Assembly: GCA_963737655.1 (NCBI GenBank)
Contig: CAVTTN010000002.1
Location: forward strand, 6,080,001-6,144,000
Direction of reading: 5' to 3'
Source: an uncultured Planctomycetota bacterium
GTDB lineage: Bacteria; Planctomycetota; Planctomycetia; Isosphaerales; Isosphaeraceae
Length of the DNA: 64,000 bases
The stretch's first letter is position 1. Every line of letters begins with the position of its first letter. The position numbers and the translations under genes are program-made. The notes under the pieces were generated by a model, which worked only from the letters and a program-made list of their open reading frames with translations, did not search any database and had not been told where the DNA came from. Below are positions 27,619-37,721 of this stretch, piece after piece.

Positions 27619-28176
27619 ATGATGCGGAGGCGCACCTGGACGATCGCTCGGCTGATGGCCGATGTCGCGATCTTCTCCGTCGGCCTGGCGGCCCTGCATG
27701 CTTTGTTGCCGTTCCGCGTGGGCGATGACCCGGGCGTTGGCGTTCTGACCCTTCCCCTGGCCTTGATCCTGACGACCGGGGCGGATCGGGCCGTGTTCGG
27801 CGGGAGATCCCGGGCGTTCTGGCTCGGGTTCGCGGCGACGGGTTGGTTGTGCGCGGCCGTGGCCCTGATGAATCTGCATGCGACCCGGAGCTATCTCCTC
27901 CGGTACGGGCCGCCGGTGGTCCGGGCCCGTCAGGAGTTCCTTCGGCAGCATGTCGCGGTCCGAAGGGCGGAGGCCGCCGGCCTCGTTTTGCCGCCTCCGG
28001 TGCCCGTGTCGGAGTGGATTCTGCTCGCGTCGGCGCTCACCGAAGTGGGGCTCGGGTTGGGCCTCGGACTCCTCGCCGCCTCGGCGGGCGGTCTGGTCGT
28101 GGCCTCCCCGGCGTGGATCGCCCGGGCGAGGGGCCGGGGAGAGTCGTTCGTCCGCCGGGCCGGGGGCCCCGACTGA
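27619..28176 (+). CDS. Hypothetical membrane protein
   Basis: GGAGG RBS, N-terminal RRRTWTIARLMADVAIF, about four hydrophobic segments and RAFWLGFAATGW. Confidence 0.7.
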   Translation: MMRRRTWTIARLMADVAIFSVGLAALHALLPFRVGDDPGVGVLTLPLALILTTGADRAVFGGRSRAFWLGFAATGWLCAAVALMNLHATRSYLLRYGPPVVRARQEFLRQHVAVRRAEAAGLVLPPPVPVSEWILLASALTEVGLGLGLGLLAASAGGLVVASPAWIARARGRGESFVRRAGGPD

Positions 28177-28483
28177 CCTCGCGAGGGAGCGGGCCCGGCC
28201 CACGAGGCCGCCGACCATCCGTCGGCTCGTCGTCGATGCCTGGCGTCCGCCGCGACGCCGATACGAAGAAGACGGTTTCGCCGGGAGGGTCCCGGGAACG
28301 GTCGGTCGGGGCGTCTCCCCGGGACGGCTCGCGGCTCCGGCGCTCCGTTTCTCCCGGGTTTGGGTGAGGCGGGAAAAGGCGCGAGGAAATGCAGGCAGGC
28401 GCCAGTAAAGTGAAAGGGGTCGTTCTACAGAGCAACGGGCTCCCCGTTTCGCGGGCCGATCCACTTCGGAGCGGGGATAATCG

Positions 28484-29379
28484 ATGGGCGAGGAGGCGAA
28501 GAAGAGGGGACGGCTGGCGATCGGCCTGAGGGGGCTGATGGTGCGGATCCTGGCCCTCGGCCTTCTCCTGGGCTGGCAAGCCAGGAAGGCGGATGACCAG
28601 CGGAAGGCCGTTCGGGCCCTCAAAGAGGCGAATGGGTCCTACCATTACGACTGGGAGTTCGTCGGCGGGAAGTACGCGAAGGGCCGGAAGCCGCCGGGGC
28701 CCGATTGGCTTCGCGGCCTCGTGGGCGACGAATATTTCCAGGAAGTGACCTGGGTCAACCTCTGCGACTCGCGCCCTCCCGGCGAGGAGGTCGAGGCCGG
28801 CCGGGCGCTCGACCGCCTGCCCGCGCAGCTCGGTTCGCTGGGCCGACTCCGAGAACTCCACCTCAGCGGGCGCCAGTTGCACGACGACAACATGGCCCGG
28901 GTCCGGGGCCTGCCGGCCCTCGAGACGCTCACCGTCGTGGGCGCCGAGAACCTGAGCGACGCCGGGGTCGCCCACCTCCGGAACATCGGCCATCTGACCC
29001 GGATCGAGATCAACGACTGCAAGCTCACGGATGAGAGCCTCGACTCCCTGGCCGACGTCCCTTCCCTGGAGGAGCTCGACCTCCGGGGCAATCGAATCAC
29101 GGACGCCCGGCTGGGCCATCTCTCGCACTCCCTCGCCTGAGACGCCTCCGCCTGGGCCTTGGGCGGAACGAGATCACCGACCGCGGGATGGAATCCCTCC
29201 GGGGGATCAAGAGCCTGGAGGTGGTGGACCTAGTGTTCACGAAGGTCGGCGACGCCGGGCTGAGGGAGCTGGAGGGCCTCCCCAATCTCAAGGAGGTCTC
29301 GACCGGCGGGAGTCGGGTCACGCCGGAGGGGGTCCGGCGATTCCAGCTCAACAGGCCGGATGTCCAAGTCAGGCCGTGA
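28484..29379 (+). CDS. Membrane-anchored leucine-rich repeat protein (frameshift near 29122)
   Basis: N-terminal TM, WLRGLVGDEYF, and LRRs (LEELDLRGNRITDARLGHL; after the shift LRRLRLGLGRNEITDRGMESL, LEVVDLVFTKVGDAGL, VTPEGVRRF). Confidence 0.85.
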
Positions 29380-29639
29380 CCCGTCGAGGACCGGGTCCGG
29401 CGTCGAGAGGCATGCTTGCGAGGACGTGAGCATGCCTCCCGGCCCGGGGGGAAATCGTGGGCGCGGGCCACTCTTCGGACACTCCGGATGGCCCCTTGCT
29501 TTGGACCTCGGGACGGTGCAGACTGACGGCGGCCTGGGTCTTCCCTCGCCCCGTTCGTGCGGATGGCGTCGGCCTCTCCAGAGATCGCCCGGTTCGGACT
29601 CGGGGTTGCGGACCCGCGCGCGGACCTCCGGCGGAAAGG

Positions 29640-31346
29640 ATGTGGATCGTGGCGAAACCGCCCTCCCCGGCGGCGTCCGTGCGGCTTTCCCTCGCCTTGG
29701 TCGCGGGATGGCTGGGGTCGTGCGCGTCGGCCGAGGAGCCGAAGCACCTCGACCTCTCGCTCCTGATCGCCCCGAATTATCCCAGCGGCTGGCCGACGTG
29801 GCCCCGGTTCCAGATGACTCCCGAAGGGCGGATCGGCCCCCTCGGCGCCTTCCATACCGAGGCCCTGGTCATCGACGGCAACACCGGGACGCAGCTGGAT
29901 GTGCCGACCCATTCCGTCACGCCCCCCGATTCCGGGCTGCCCAACGCCGGGCCCGCCGGCCTGATCTCGACCGAGAAAGTCCCCGCCTGGCAGTTCGGCG
30001 GCGAAGCCTGCGTGATCGACTGCACCGACCTCCTCGACGCCGCCCCCCCGGGCCGGAGTCCCCTGGTCAAGAAAGAGCGAATCCTCGCCTGGGAGAAGGC
30101 CCATCGCCCGCTCGGGCCGGGAGACGTGGTCCTGTTCCGCAGCGGGTTCAGCGACAAGTATTATCGCCCCTTGCCCGAAGGCCGTCGCTTCGCCGCCGAC
30201 CCGGTCGAGGGCAAGGCCCCCGCCTGGCCCGACCCCGATCCCGACTGCATGGAGTACCTCGCCTCTCGCGGGGTGATGACGCTCGGGACCGACAGCACGA
30301 GCATGGGCCCCCTGCCCGACCTCGCCGAGCCGACCCACTTCGCCGGGCTGAAGCACGGGATGATCTGGACCGAGAGCCTGACCGGCCTGGCCCCCCTGCC
30401 CGCCACCGGCGCCTTCTACGCGATGCTCGCGCCGAAGCACCTCGGCGGCGCCTTCAGCGAAGGGCGGGCCATCGCCATCGTCGGCGACCCCCTGGCGTCT
30501 CGCCTGATCGAATCGGCCCGCAAGAAGCGAGCGGCCGACCTCTCGGTCACCCTGTCCGACATCCTGCCCGTCACCTCGCCCGGCCGAGGGGTCGGCGATC
30601 ATCGCCAGCCTTATATTCGCATTCGGTTCGGCGACAATCCGAACACGAAGACCACGTATGATACCCACTGGATGGACAGCCATTGCGGGACGCACCTCGT
30701 CCCGCCGTCGTTCGCCCTGCCGCCCCCGGGGTTCGACGTCTCGACCTATCCGGAGGAGGTCCGGGCGTGGCTCGGCGAGTTCTCGAAGCGGTTCGGCCCT
30801 CCCGGGACGAGCGACGTGACGACCGAAAAGGTGCCGATCTCGCAGACATGCGGCGAGGCGAGGGTGATCGACGTCTCCGGCCTGCTCGGGGCCACCGATC
30901 GCCGCGCATGGCCGGCGTCTCCCGAGGTCACCGAGTCGCAAATCCGGGCGTTCGAGGCCAAGGACGGCGAATTGAAGCCGGGGGACGTCGTCCTCTTCCG
31001 CTCGGGCTGGAACGACCGCCATTGCCGCCCCGGTCCCGAGGGCAAGGCCTGTTTGGATGACCCCCTGAACGGCAAGGCCGAGGGCTGGCCGGCGCCCGGC
31101 CCCGAGGCGATCGCCTACCTCGCGAAGAAGGGCGTGAAGTGCGTCGGCACCGACGCGCCGGACCTCGGCGGGGTCGGGCCGAAGCGGGCGTTGATGACCT
31201 ACTGGATGCTCGGTGCCCGGGGGATGGTCGGGGTCGAGTCGCTGACGAACCTCCAGGCGATGCCCGACCATGCCTATTTCCTGTTCGCGGCGGTGAAGAT
31301 CGCCGGATGCCACGGCGGCCCGGGTCGTGCGATCGCCCTTTGGTGA
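29640..31346 (+). CDS. Exported tandem cyclase-family (kynurenine formamidase-like) metal-dependent hydrolase
   Basis: Signal peptide followed by two homologous halves, each with DLS, G(E)A.VID, PGDVVLFRSG, GKA..WP.P.P, GTD, ESLT.L and GRAIA. Confidence 0.88.
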   Translation: MWIVAKPPSPAASVRLSLALVAGWLGSCASAEEPKHLDLSLLIAPNYPSGWPTWPRFQMTPEGRIGPLGAFHTEALVIDGNTGTQLDVPTHSVTPPDSGLPNAGPAGLISTEKVPAWQFGGEACVIDCTDLLDAAPPGRSPLVKKERILAWEKAHRPLGPGDVVLFRSGFSDKYYRPLPEGRRFAADPVEGKAPAWPDPDPDCMEYLASRGVMTLGTDSTSMGPLPDLAEPTHFAGLKHGMIWTESLTGLAPLPATGAFYAMLAPKHLGGAFSEGRAIAIVGDPLASRLIESARKKRAADLSVTLSDILPVTSPGRGVGDHRQPYIRIRFGDNPNTKTTYDTHWMDSHCGTHLVPPSFALPPPGFDVSTYPEEVRAWLGEFSKRFGPPGTSDVTTEKVPISQTCGEARVIDVSGLLGATDRRAWPASPEVTESQIRAFEAKDGELKPGDVVLFRSGWNDRHCRPGPEGKACLDDPLNGKAEGWPAPGPEAIAYLAKKGVKCVGTDAPDLGGVGPKRALMTYWMLGARGMVGVESLTNLQAMPDHAYFLFAAVKIAGCHGGPGRAIALW

Positions 31347-31387
31347 TCGCCCCGGGCCCGGCCCTACCGACCGAGAGAGGACGGACG

Positions 31388-32734
31388 ATGTCCCACCCCT
31401 ATGCGCCTCCCGGGGCCGGGCCCGAGGTCTCTCCCGAGCGCATCCGGCGGAAGGTCGCGCGGCGCATCCTGCCGTTGATCTTCGTCCTCTACATCGTCTC
31501 GTATCTGGATCGGGTGAACGTCGGGTTCGCCAAGGAGAAGATGCAGGCGTCGCTCGGCTACTCGGAGAAGGACTTCGGCTGGGCCGCCGGGATCTTCTTC
31601 GCCGGCTATCTCCTTTTGGAAATCCCCGGGGCGTTGCTGGTCGAGCGGTGGAGCGCCCGGAAGTGGTTCACGCGGATCCTGGTGACGTGGGGCGCGTGCT
31701 CGATGGGCGTGGCGTTCGTGGGGAACAAATGGCAGTTCTCGGCGATGAGGTTCCTCCTGGGCCTGGCCGAGTCGGGGTTCTTCCCGGGGGTGATCGTCTA
31801 TTTGACCCACTGGTTCCCCCGGGCCGAGCGCGGCAAGGCGATGGCCGGGCTGGTCCTGGCGGTGCCGGTCAGCCTGGCGCTGGGGGCGCGGGTCTCGGGC
31901 TGGTTGTTGCACCAGCACTGGCTCGGGCTGGAGGGCTGGCAGTGGGTCTTCCTCGGCGAGGGGCTGCCGGCGGTGGCCCTGGGCGTGGCCCTCCCCTGGC
32001 TGATGACCGACCGCCCCTCGGACGCCCGGTTCCTCGACCCGGCCGAGCGCGAGTGGCTCGAAGCGAAGCTGGAGGCCGAGCGCCGGGAGGTCGCGGCGAA
32101 GGGGGTCGGCCTGGCGCAGGCCCTGCGGAGCCCGGCGGTCTGGATCCTCGCCCTGGCGATCTTCGCGACGAACATCGGCGGGTACGCCGCCGCCTTCTGG
32201 CTCCCGAACGTGGTGAAGGGGCTCCTGGTCTCGACCCACGGCTCGGCCGACCCCGACGCCGTTTTCAACTGGCTGTGCGTGGCCTACCTGTTCGGCCTGG
32301 CCGGGGTCTGGGCCTCGGGCCGGATCTCGGACTGGACGGGCGAGCGCAAGTGGGTGTGCATCGCGGCGCAGGTCCTGGCCGGGGCCTGCCTGATGGGCAG
32401 CGTGTACCCCGGTCAGTCGTGGAACGCGACCTTCGCCTGGCTCTGCGCCTTCGAGGTCTTCGCCTTCGCCTGGCCCCCGCCGTTCTGGGTCCTGCCCACG
32501 CTCACCCTGTCGGCCTCGGCGGCGGCGGTGGCGATCGGTTTCGTGAACATCTGCGCGAACGTGGCCGGGATGGTCGGCTCGCCGATCGTGGGCGAGATGA
32601 AGGACGCCCGGTTCGGCGACCGGGCCTGCATGCTCTTCCTGGCCGGCTGCTACATCGCCGGGGGCGTCATCCTCGCGGCCCTGCGGGTGCCGAAGAGGGA
32701 GGACAAGGCCGCCCCGGCGATCGACGAGACCTGA
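31388..32734 (+). CDS. MFS transporter, anion:cation symporter (tartrate/phthalate permease-like) type
   Basis: YIVSYLDRVNVGFA, GIFFAGYLLLEIPG, RFLLGLAESGFFPGVIVYLTHWFP, GWQWVFLGEGLPA. Confidence 0.93.
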   Translation: MSHPYAPPGAGPEVSPERIRRKVARRILPLIFVLYIVSYLDRVNVGFAKEKMQASLGYSEKDFGWAAGIFFAGYLLLEIPGALLVERWSARKWFTRILVTWGACSMGVAFVGNKWQFSAMRFLLGLAESGFFPGVIVYLTHWFPRAERGKAMAGLVLAVPVSLALGARVSGWLLHQHWLGLEGWQWVFLGEGLPAVALGVALPWLMTDRPSDARFLDPAEREWLEAKLEAERREVAAKGVGLAQALRSPAVWILALAIFATNIGGYAAAFWLPNVVKGLLVSTHGSADPDAVFNWLCVAYLFGLAGVWASGRISDWTGERKWVCIAAQVLAGACLMGSVYPGQSWNATFAWLCAFEVFAFAWPPPFWVLPTLTLSASAAAVAIGFVNICANVAGMVGSPIVGEMKDARFGDRACMLFLAGCYIAGGVILAALRVPKREDKAAPAIDET

Positions 32735-32847
32735 GCCGGAAGCGGCCCGGCCGATCGTCGGCGGGTCGTCCCTTGCTTCGGCCCGGGGTCGGCGTATACT
32801 GGCCCTCCTCGCGTCTCGGCCCGGGTGTTCCGCGGGGGGCAGGGGCG

Positions 32848-33813
32848 ATGCCTAGAGTGCTCGTGACCGATTCCACGTTCGAGAAACTCGACGTCGAGGA
32901 GCCGATCCTCTCGGCCGTCGGCGGCTCGATCGACGCTCGCCAGTGCCGGACCGAGGCCGAGCTCGTGGAGGCCGTCCCCGGGGCCGAGTACATCCTCACG
33001 CAATTCGCCCCGATCAACGCGCGGGTGATCGCCGCGATGGACCGGGCCCGGAGGATCGTCCGCTACGGGATCGGCGTGGACAACGTGGACCTGGACGCCG
33101 CCCGGGAGCGCGGCATCCCCGTGTGCAACGTCCCGGCCTACTGCGTCGACGAGGTCGCCGACCACGCGATGGCCCTCCTCCTCGATGCCACCCGGCGGAT
33201 CTGCGCCAATGCCCGGCTCGTCCGCGAGGGGAAGTGGGGCCTGGCCCGCCCCCTGGGCCAGATGAAGGCCCTGCGCGACCTGACCGTCGGGATCGTCGGC
33301 TTCGGGAGGATCGGCCGGGAAGTCGCCGCGAGGCTCAGGCCGTTCAAGGGCCGGATCCTGGCCCACGACCCGAACGTCCTCGGCGGCGAATTCCGCCAGC
33401 TCGGGGCCGAGCCGGTGGGGCTCGATGTCCTGCTCGCCGAGAGCGACGCCGTGACCCTCCACTGCCCCTCCACGCCCCAGACCCGCCGCCTGATCGACCG
33501 CGCCGCGATCGGCCGGATGAAGCCGGGGGCCATCCTGATCAACGTGGCCCGGGGCGACGTCGTCGAGACCGCCGCGCTGATCGAGGCGATCCGGAGCGGC
33601 CGGATCTCGGCCGCCGGGCTCGACGTGACCGACCCCGAACCCCCTCCGGCCGACCACCCCTTGCGGGCTCTGGAGGACGTGGTCATCACGTCTCATGTGG
33701 CCTCGACCAGCGAGAAGGCCGTCCGCGCCCTCCGCGAGACGGCCGCCGAGCTGATCGCCGGGGCGATCCGGGGCGAGCCGCCGAGGAACGTCGTCAACGG
33801 CGTGACCGCCTGA
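32848..33813 (+). CDS. D-isomer specific 2-hydroxyacid dehydrogenase (CtBP-like)
   Basis: RYGIGVDNVD, NVPAYCVDEVADH, GIVGFGRIG, LINVARG, GLDVTDPEP. Confidence 0.93.
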   Translation: MPRVLVTDSTFEKLDVEEPILSAVGGSIDARQCRTEAELVEAVPGAEYILTQFAPINARVIAAMDRARRIVRYGIGVDNVDLDAARERGIPVCNVPAYCVDEVADHAMALLLDATRRICANARLVREGKWGLARPLGQMKALRDLTVGIVGFGRIGREVAARLRPFKGRILAHDPNVLGGEFRQLGAEPVGLDVLLAESDAVTLHCPSTPQTRRLIDRAAIGRMKPGAILINVARGDVVETAALIEAIRSGRISAAGLDVTDPEPPPADHPLRALEDVVITSHVASTSEKAVRALRETAAELIAGAIRGEPPRNVVNGVTA

Positions 33814-33829
33814 AGCCCGAGGAGCCGCG

Positions 33830-34899
33830 ATGGCCGCCGCCCGAGTCGCCGTCGAGGAACTGACCGCCTTCTGTCACGAGGCCCTCGCCCGCGCCGGGGC
33901 CGATCCGACCACGCCGCGATCGCCGCCGAGGCCCTGGCGACGACCGACAGCCTGGGCGTCTTCACCCACGGCTCCAAGCTCCTTCCCGGATACGTCCGCC
34001 GCCTCCGAGCGGGCGGGATTCGCGGCGACGTCGATCCGAGGATCGTCGCCGAAGGGCCGTCCTGGGCGATCCTCGACGGCGGCTCCGCGCTCGGCCAGGT
34101 CATCGGCGTCAAGGCGATGGAAGACGCCATCGCCCGGGCCCGCCGGACCGGCGTGGCCTACGTCGGCGTCCGCAACAGCAACCATTTCGGCGCGGCCGGC
34201 TATTACGCGACGATGGCCGCGCGAGCCGGCTTCTTCGGCCTGGCGATGGCCAACGACGCCCCGAGCGTGGCCGCGCCCGGCTCTCGCGGGCCGGTCACCG
34301 GCACGAACCCCCTGGCCTATGCGATCCCGGCCGGGGACCGGGACCCGATCGTCCTGGACATCGCCATGAGCACCGTCGCGGGCGGCAAGGTCTATGCCGC
34401 CAAACAGCTCGGCAAGCCGATCCCGGCCGACTGGATCGTCGATCGCCGGGGGAGGCCGACCACTGAGGCCGCCCTCTATCCGCACGAAGCGGCTCTCGCG
34501 CCCATGAGCGGCCACAAGGGCTATGGCCTCGCCCTGATGATCGAGGCCCTTTCGGCGCTGGCCACCGGGGCCGCCGTGACGGCCGGCGTGGGCGGCTGGA
34601 TGTTCGGCGACCCGTCCGCCCCCACGAACCACGGGGCGGCCTTCCTCGCGATGGACGTCTCGGCGATGATCGGGGCCGACGCCTTCGCCGCCCGCGTCGG
34701 GGCCCTGATCGACGAGATCCATGCCGCCCCCACGGCCGAGGGGACCGATCGCCTCCTCGTCCCCGGCGAGCGCGAATGGGCGACCCGGCGGATCGCCCTG
34801 GCCGAGGGGATCGCCCTGCCGCCCGATGTCCTCGCCGCCCTGGCCCCCCTGGCCGCCGAACTTGGGTTGTCGCCCGCCTGGCTCACGAGGTCTTCATGA
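33830..34899 (+). CDS. Ldh_2-family (malate/L-lactate/ureidoglycolate-type) oxidoreductase (frameshift near 33906)
   Basis: After the shift: TDSLGVFTHG, VRNSNHFGAAGYY, GTNPLAYAIP, LDIAMS, GHKGYGL, VPGERE. Confidence 0.9.
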
Positions 34900-35702
34900 A
34901 AATCATCCGATATCAGGACGCAAGCGGTCGGATCGCGCTTGGATGCCTCCATCCCGACGGCTCGACCACCCGGCTCGACGGCGACCTCCTCGGCGACTTC
35001 CGAGACACCGGCGAGCCGGCCGACGTGGCGAAGCTCCTGGCGCCGATCGTCCCGGTGGACATCCTCTGCATCGGCCTGAACTACCGCCGCCACGCCGAGG
35101 AAGGCAAGCAAGCGATCCCCGAATGGCCGGTCCTGTTCATGAAAAACATCGGCGCACTCCAGAATCCCGGCGATCCGATCGTCCTGCCCAGGCAACTCCG
35201 CAGCGATGCGGTCGATTACGAGTGCGAGCTCGCCGTGGTGATCGGCAAGGCGTGCCGGAACGTGAAAAAATCGGAGGCGCTCGCTCACGTCCTCGGCTAC
35301 ACCTGCGCCAACGACGTGAGCGCCCGGGACTGGCAGATGCAGAAGGGCGGCACGCAGTGGTGCCGGGGCAAGACGTTCGCCACCTTCGCCCCGCTCGGGC
35401 CCTGCCTCGTCACGAAGGACGAGATCCCCGATCCGAACACGCTCCAGGTCCGCACGATCTTGAATGATCAGGTGATGCAGGACTGGAACACCGACGACAT
35501 GATTTTTGATGTGCCGACTTTGATCGAATTCCTCAGCGGGAGCACCCTCCTCTTGCCGGGGACGGTGATCCTGACCGGGACGCCTCACGGGATCGGCGGG
35601 GCGAGGAAGCCGCCCGTCTTCCTCAAGGACGGCGACACGGTGACGATCGAGATCCAGGGCATCGGCAGCCTGACCAACCCGGTCGTGGCCGAGGCGGAGT
35701 GA
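34896..35702 (+). CDS. Fumarylacetoacetate hydrolase family protein
   Basis: CIGLNYRRHAEE, VDYECELAVVIGK, GYTCANDVSARDWQ, RGKTFATFAPLGP, ILTGTPHG. Confidence 0.95.
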   Translation: MKIIRYQDASGRIALGCLHPDGSTTRLDGDLLGDFRDTGEPADVAKLLAPIVPVDILCIGLNYRRHAEEGKQAIPEWPVLFMKNIGALQNPGDPIVLPRQLRSDAVDYECELAVVIGKACRNVKKSEALAHVLGYTCANDVSARDWQMQKGGTQWCRGKTFATFAPLGPCLVTKDEIPDPNTLQVRTILNDQVMQDWNTDDMIFDVPTLIEFLSGSTLLLPGTVILTGTPHGIGGARKPPVFLKDGDTVTIEIQGIGSLTNPVVAEAE

Positions 35703-35706
35703 CCCG

Positions 35707-37704
35707 ATGGCGACCGTCACCAGAACGTCGGGCCGGACCGCCGCCGAGGTCGCGGGCCTGTACCGGACCATGCAGACGATCCGCCGGTGCGAGGAGGCGT
35801 TGGCCAAGGCCCATCAGCGAGGGCTGATCCACGGCGCCTGCCATACCTACGTCGGCCAGGAGGCGATCGCCTCGGGCGTGTGTGCCCACCTGAGGGCCGA
35901 CGACACGGTCTTCAGCACCCATCGCGGCCACGGCCACGCCCTGGCCAAGGGCGTCGATCCCCGAGAGCTGGCCGCCGAGCTGTTCGGTCGCTCGACGGGC
36001 TGCTCGCGGGGCCGAGGCGGCAGCATGCACCTCTTCGCCCCCGAGGTCGGCCTGATGGGCACGACCGGGATCGTCGGCCCCTGCATCCTCCAGGCCGCCG
36101 GCGCCGGCTACAGCGCGAAACTGCTCGGCGACGACCGCGTGGCCGTGGCGTTCTTCGGCGACGGCGCCGTGAACAACGGCGCGTTCCACGAGGGGCTGAA
36201 CCTCGCGAGCATCTGGAAGCTTCCCGTCCTGTTCGTCTGCGAGAATAACGGGTTCGCCACCGAGGTCCCCTTCGATTACTCCAGCGGGAACCCGGGAGTC
36301 GCAGGCCGGGCCGCGAGCTACGGGTTGCCCGGGGTCGAGGTCGATGGCAACGACGTGTTCGCCGTCTCCGACGCGGCCCTCGAAGCGATCGAGAGGGCGC
36401 GGAGCGGCGGAGGCGCGACCCTGATCGAGTGCAAGACGTATCGGACCCGCCCCCACGCCGAGGGGATGGGCGATTACACGTATCGGACCCGCGAGGACGT
36501 CGAACTCTGGAAGCTCCGATGCCCGATCCAGCGATTGCGGGGGCTCGCCATCGAGGAATCGCTCCTCGACGCCGCCGATCTCGACGCGATCGACGCCGAG
36601 ATCGAGGCCCGGATCGCCGAGGCCCTCCGGTTCGCCGAGGACAGCCCATATCCCGAGCCCGGATCGGCGACCGATCACATCTACGCCCCCCCGGCCCCGC
36701 CGCCCGTCGAGCCTCCGGAGGCGAGAAGTCGCGAACTCACGTTCATGAAAGCGACCCTCGAAGCCCTGACCTCGGCGATGGAGGCGGACCCGACGATTTT
36801 CGTGCTCGGCGAAGGGATCGGCAAGCGAGGCGGCAACTTCGCCACGACCCTCGGGCTCTACGACCGCTTCGGCCCGGTCCGCCTGTGCGACACGCCCATC
36901 AGCGAGCGAGGGTTCGTCGGCCTGGCCTGCGGGGCGGCGATGACCGGCACCCGGCCCGTGGTCGATTTCATGTTCGCCGACTTCGTCCTGGACGGCGTGG
37001 GCGAGATCCTCAACCAGATCGCCAAGATGCAATACATGAGCAGCGGCCGGCTCAAGATGCCCGTCCTGCTCCGCGGCTGCATCGGGATCGGCCACTCGGC
37101 GGCGACCCATCATTCGGGCAATTATTACGCGATGTACGCCCAGTTCCCCGGCCTCCGCGTGGTCGTCCCCTCCTCGGCGGCCGACGCCAAGGGCTTGCTC
37201 GCCCGGGCCCTGCGATCGGACGACCCGGTCCTCTTCCTCGAACATCGCGAGGCCCTGGCGATCAGGGGGCCGGTGCCCGAGGGGGATTACGAGATCGAGT
37301 TCGGCCGCGCGGCCGTCGTCCGCGAGGGGACGGATGTAACCGTGGTTGCGCTCGCATTCATGGTGTATCAATCGCTGAAAGCGTGCGCGATTTTGGAACG
37401 TGAGGGGATCTCGGTCGAGCTGATCGACCCCCGGACCGTCGCCCCGCTCGATTCGGGGACGATCCTGGGGTCGGTCCGCAAGACCGGCCGCCTCCTGATC
37501 GTGGACGAGGCGTTCTCGCCGTTCGGCCTGGGCGCCGAGATCGCCGCGAGGGTCGCCGACGCCGGGTTCGATGACCTGGACGCGCCGATCCGCCGCCTCA
37601 ATGGCGTCCATACTCCCACGCCGTACAGCCCCCCTCTGGAAGCCGCCGTCGTGCCCTCGGTCGAGGCGATCGTCGGAGCGATCCGCGACCTCGTGGCCGA
37701 GTGA
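35707..37704 (+). CDS. Fused E1 alpha/beta subunit of a 2-oxoacid/acetoin dehydrogenase complex
   Basis: GQEA, STHRGHGH, GRGGSMH and TPP motif GDGAVNNGAFHEGLN. Beta part has DTPISERGF and ELIDPRTVAPLD. Confidence 0.93.
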   Translation: MATVTRTSGRTAAEVAGLYRTMQTIRRCEEALAKAHQRGLIHGACHTYVGQEAIASGVCAHLRADDTVFSTHRGHGHALAKGVDPRELAAELFGRSTGCSRGRGGSMHLFAPEVGLMGTTGIVGPCILQAAGAGYSAKLLGDDRVAVAFFGDGAVNNGAFHEGLNLASIWKLPVLFVCENNGFATEVPFDYSSGNPGVAGRAASYGLPGVEVDGNDVFAVSDAALEAIERARSGGGATLIECKTYRTRPHAEGMGDYTYRTREDVELWKLRCPIQRLRGLAIEESLLDAADLDAIDAEIEARIAEALRFAEDSPYPEPGSATDHIYAPPAPPPVEPPEARSRELTFMKATLEALTSAMEADPTIFVLGEGIGKRGGNFATTLGLYDRFGPVRLCDTPISERGFVGLACGAAMTGTRPVVDFMFADFVLDGVGEILNQIAKMQYMSSGRLKMPVLLRGCIGIGHSAATHHSGNYYAMYAQFPGLRVVVPSSAADAKGLLARALRSDDPVLFLEHREALAIRGPVPEGDYEIEFGRAAVVREGTDVTVVALAFMVYQSLKACAILEREGISVELIDPRTVAPLDSGTILGSVRKTGRLLIVDEAFSPFGLGAEIAARVADAGFDDLDAPIRRLNGVHTPTPYSPPLEAAVVPSVEAIVGAIRDLVAE

Positions 37705-37721
37705 CCCGGAGTTCCGCCCCG

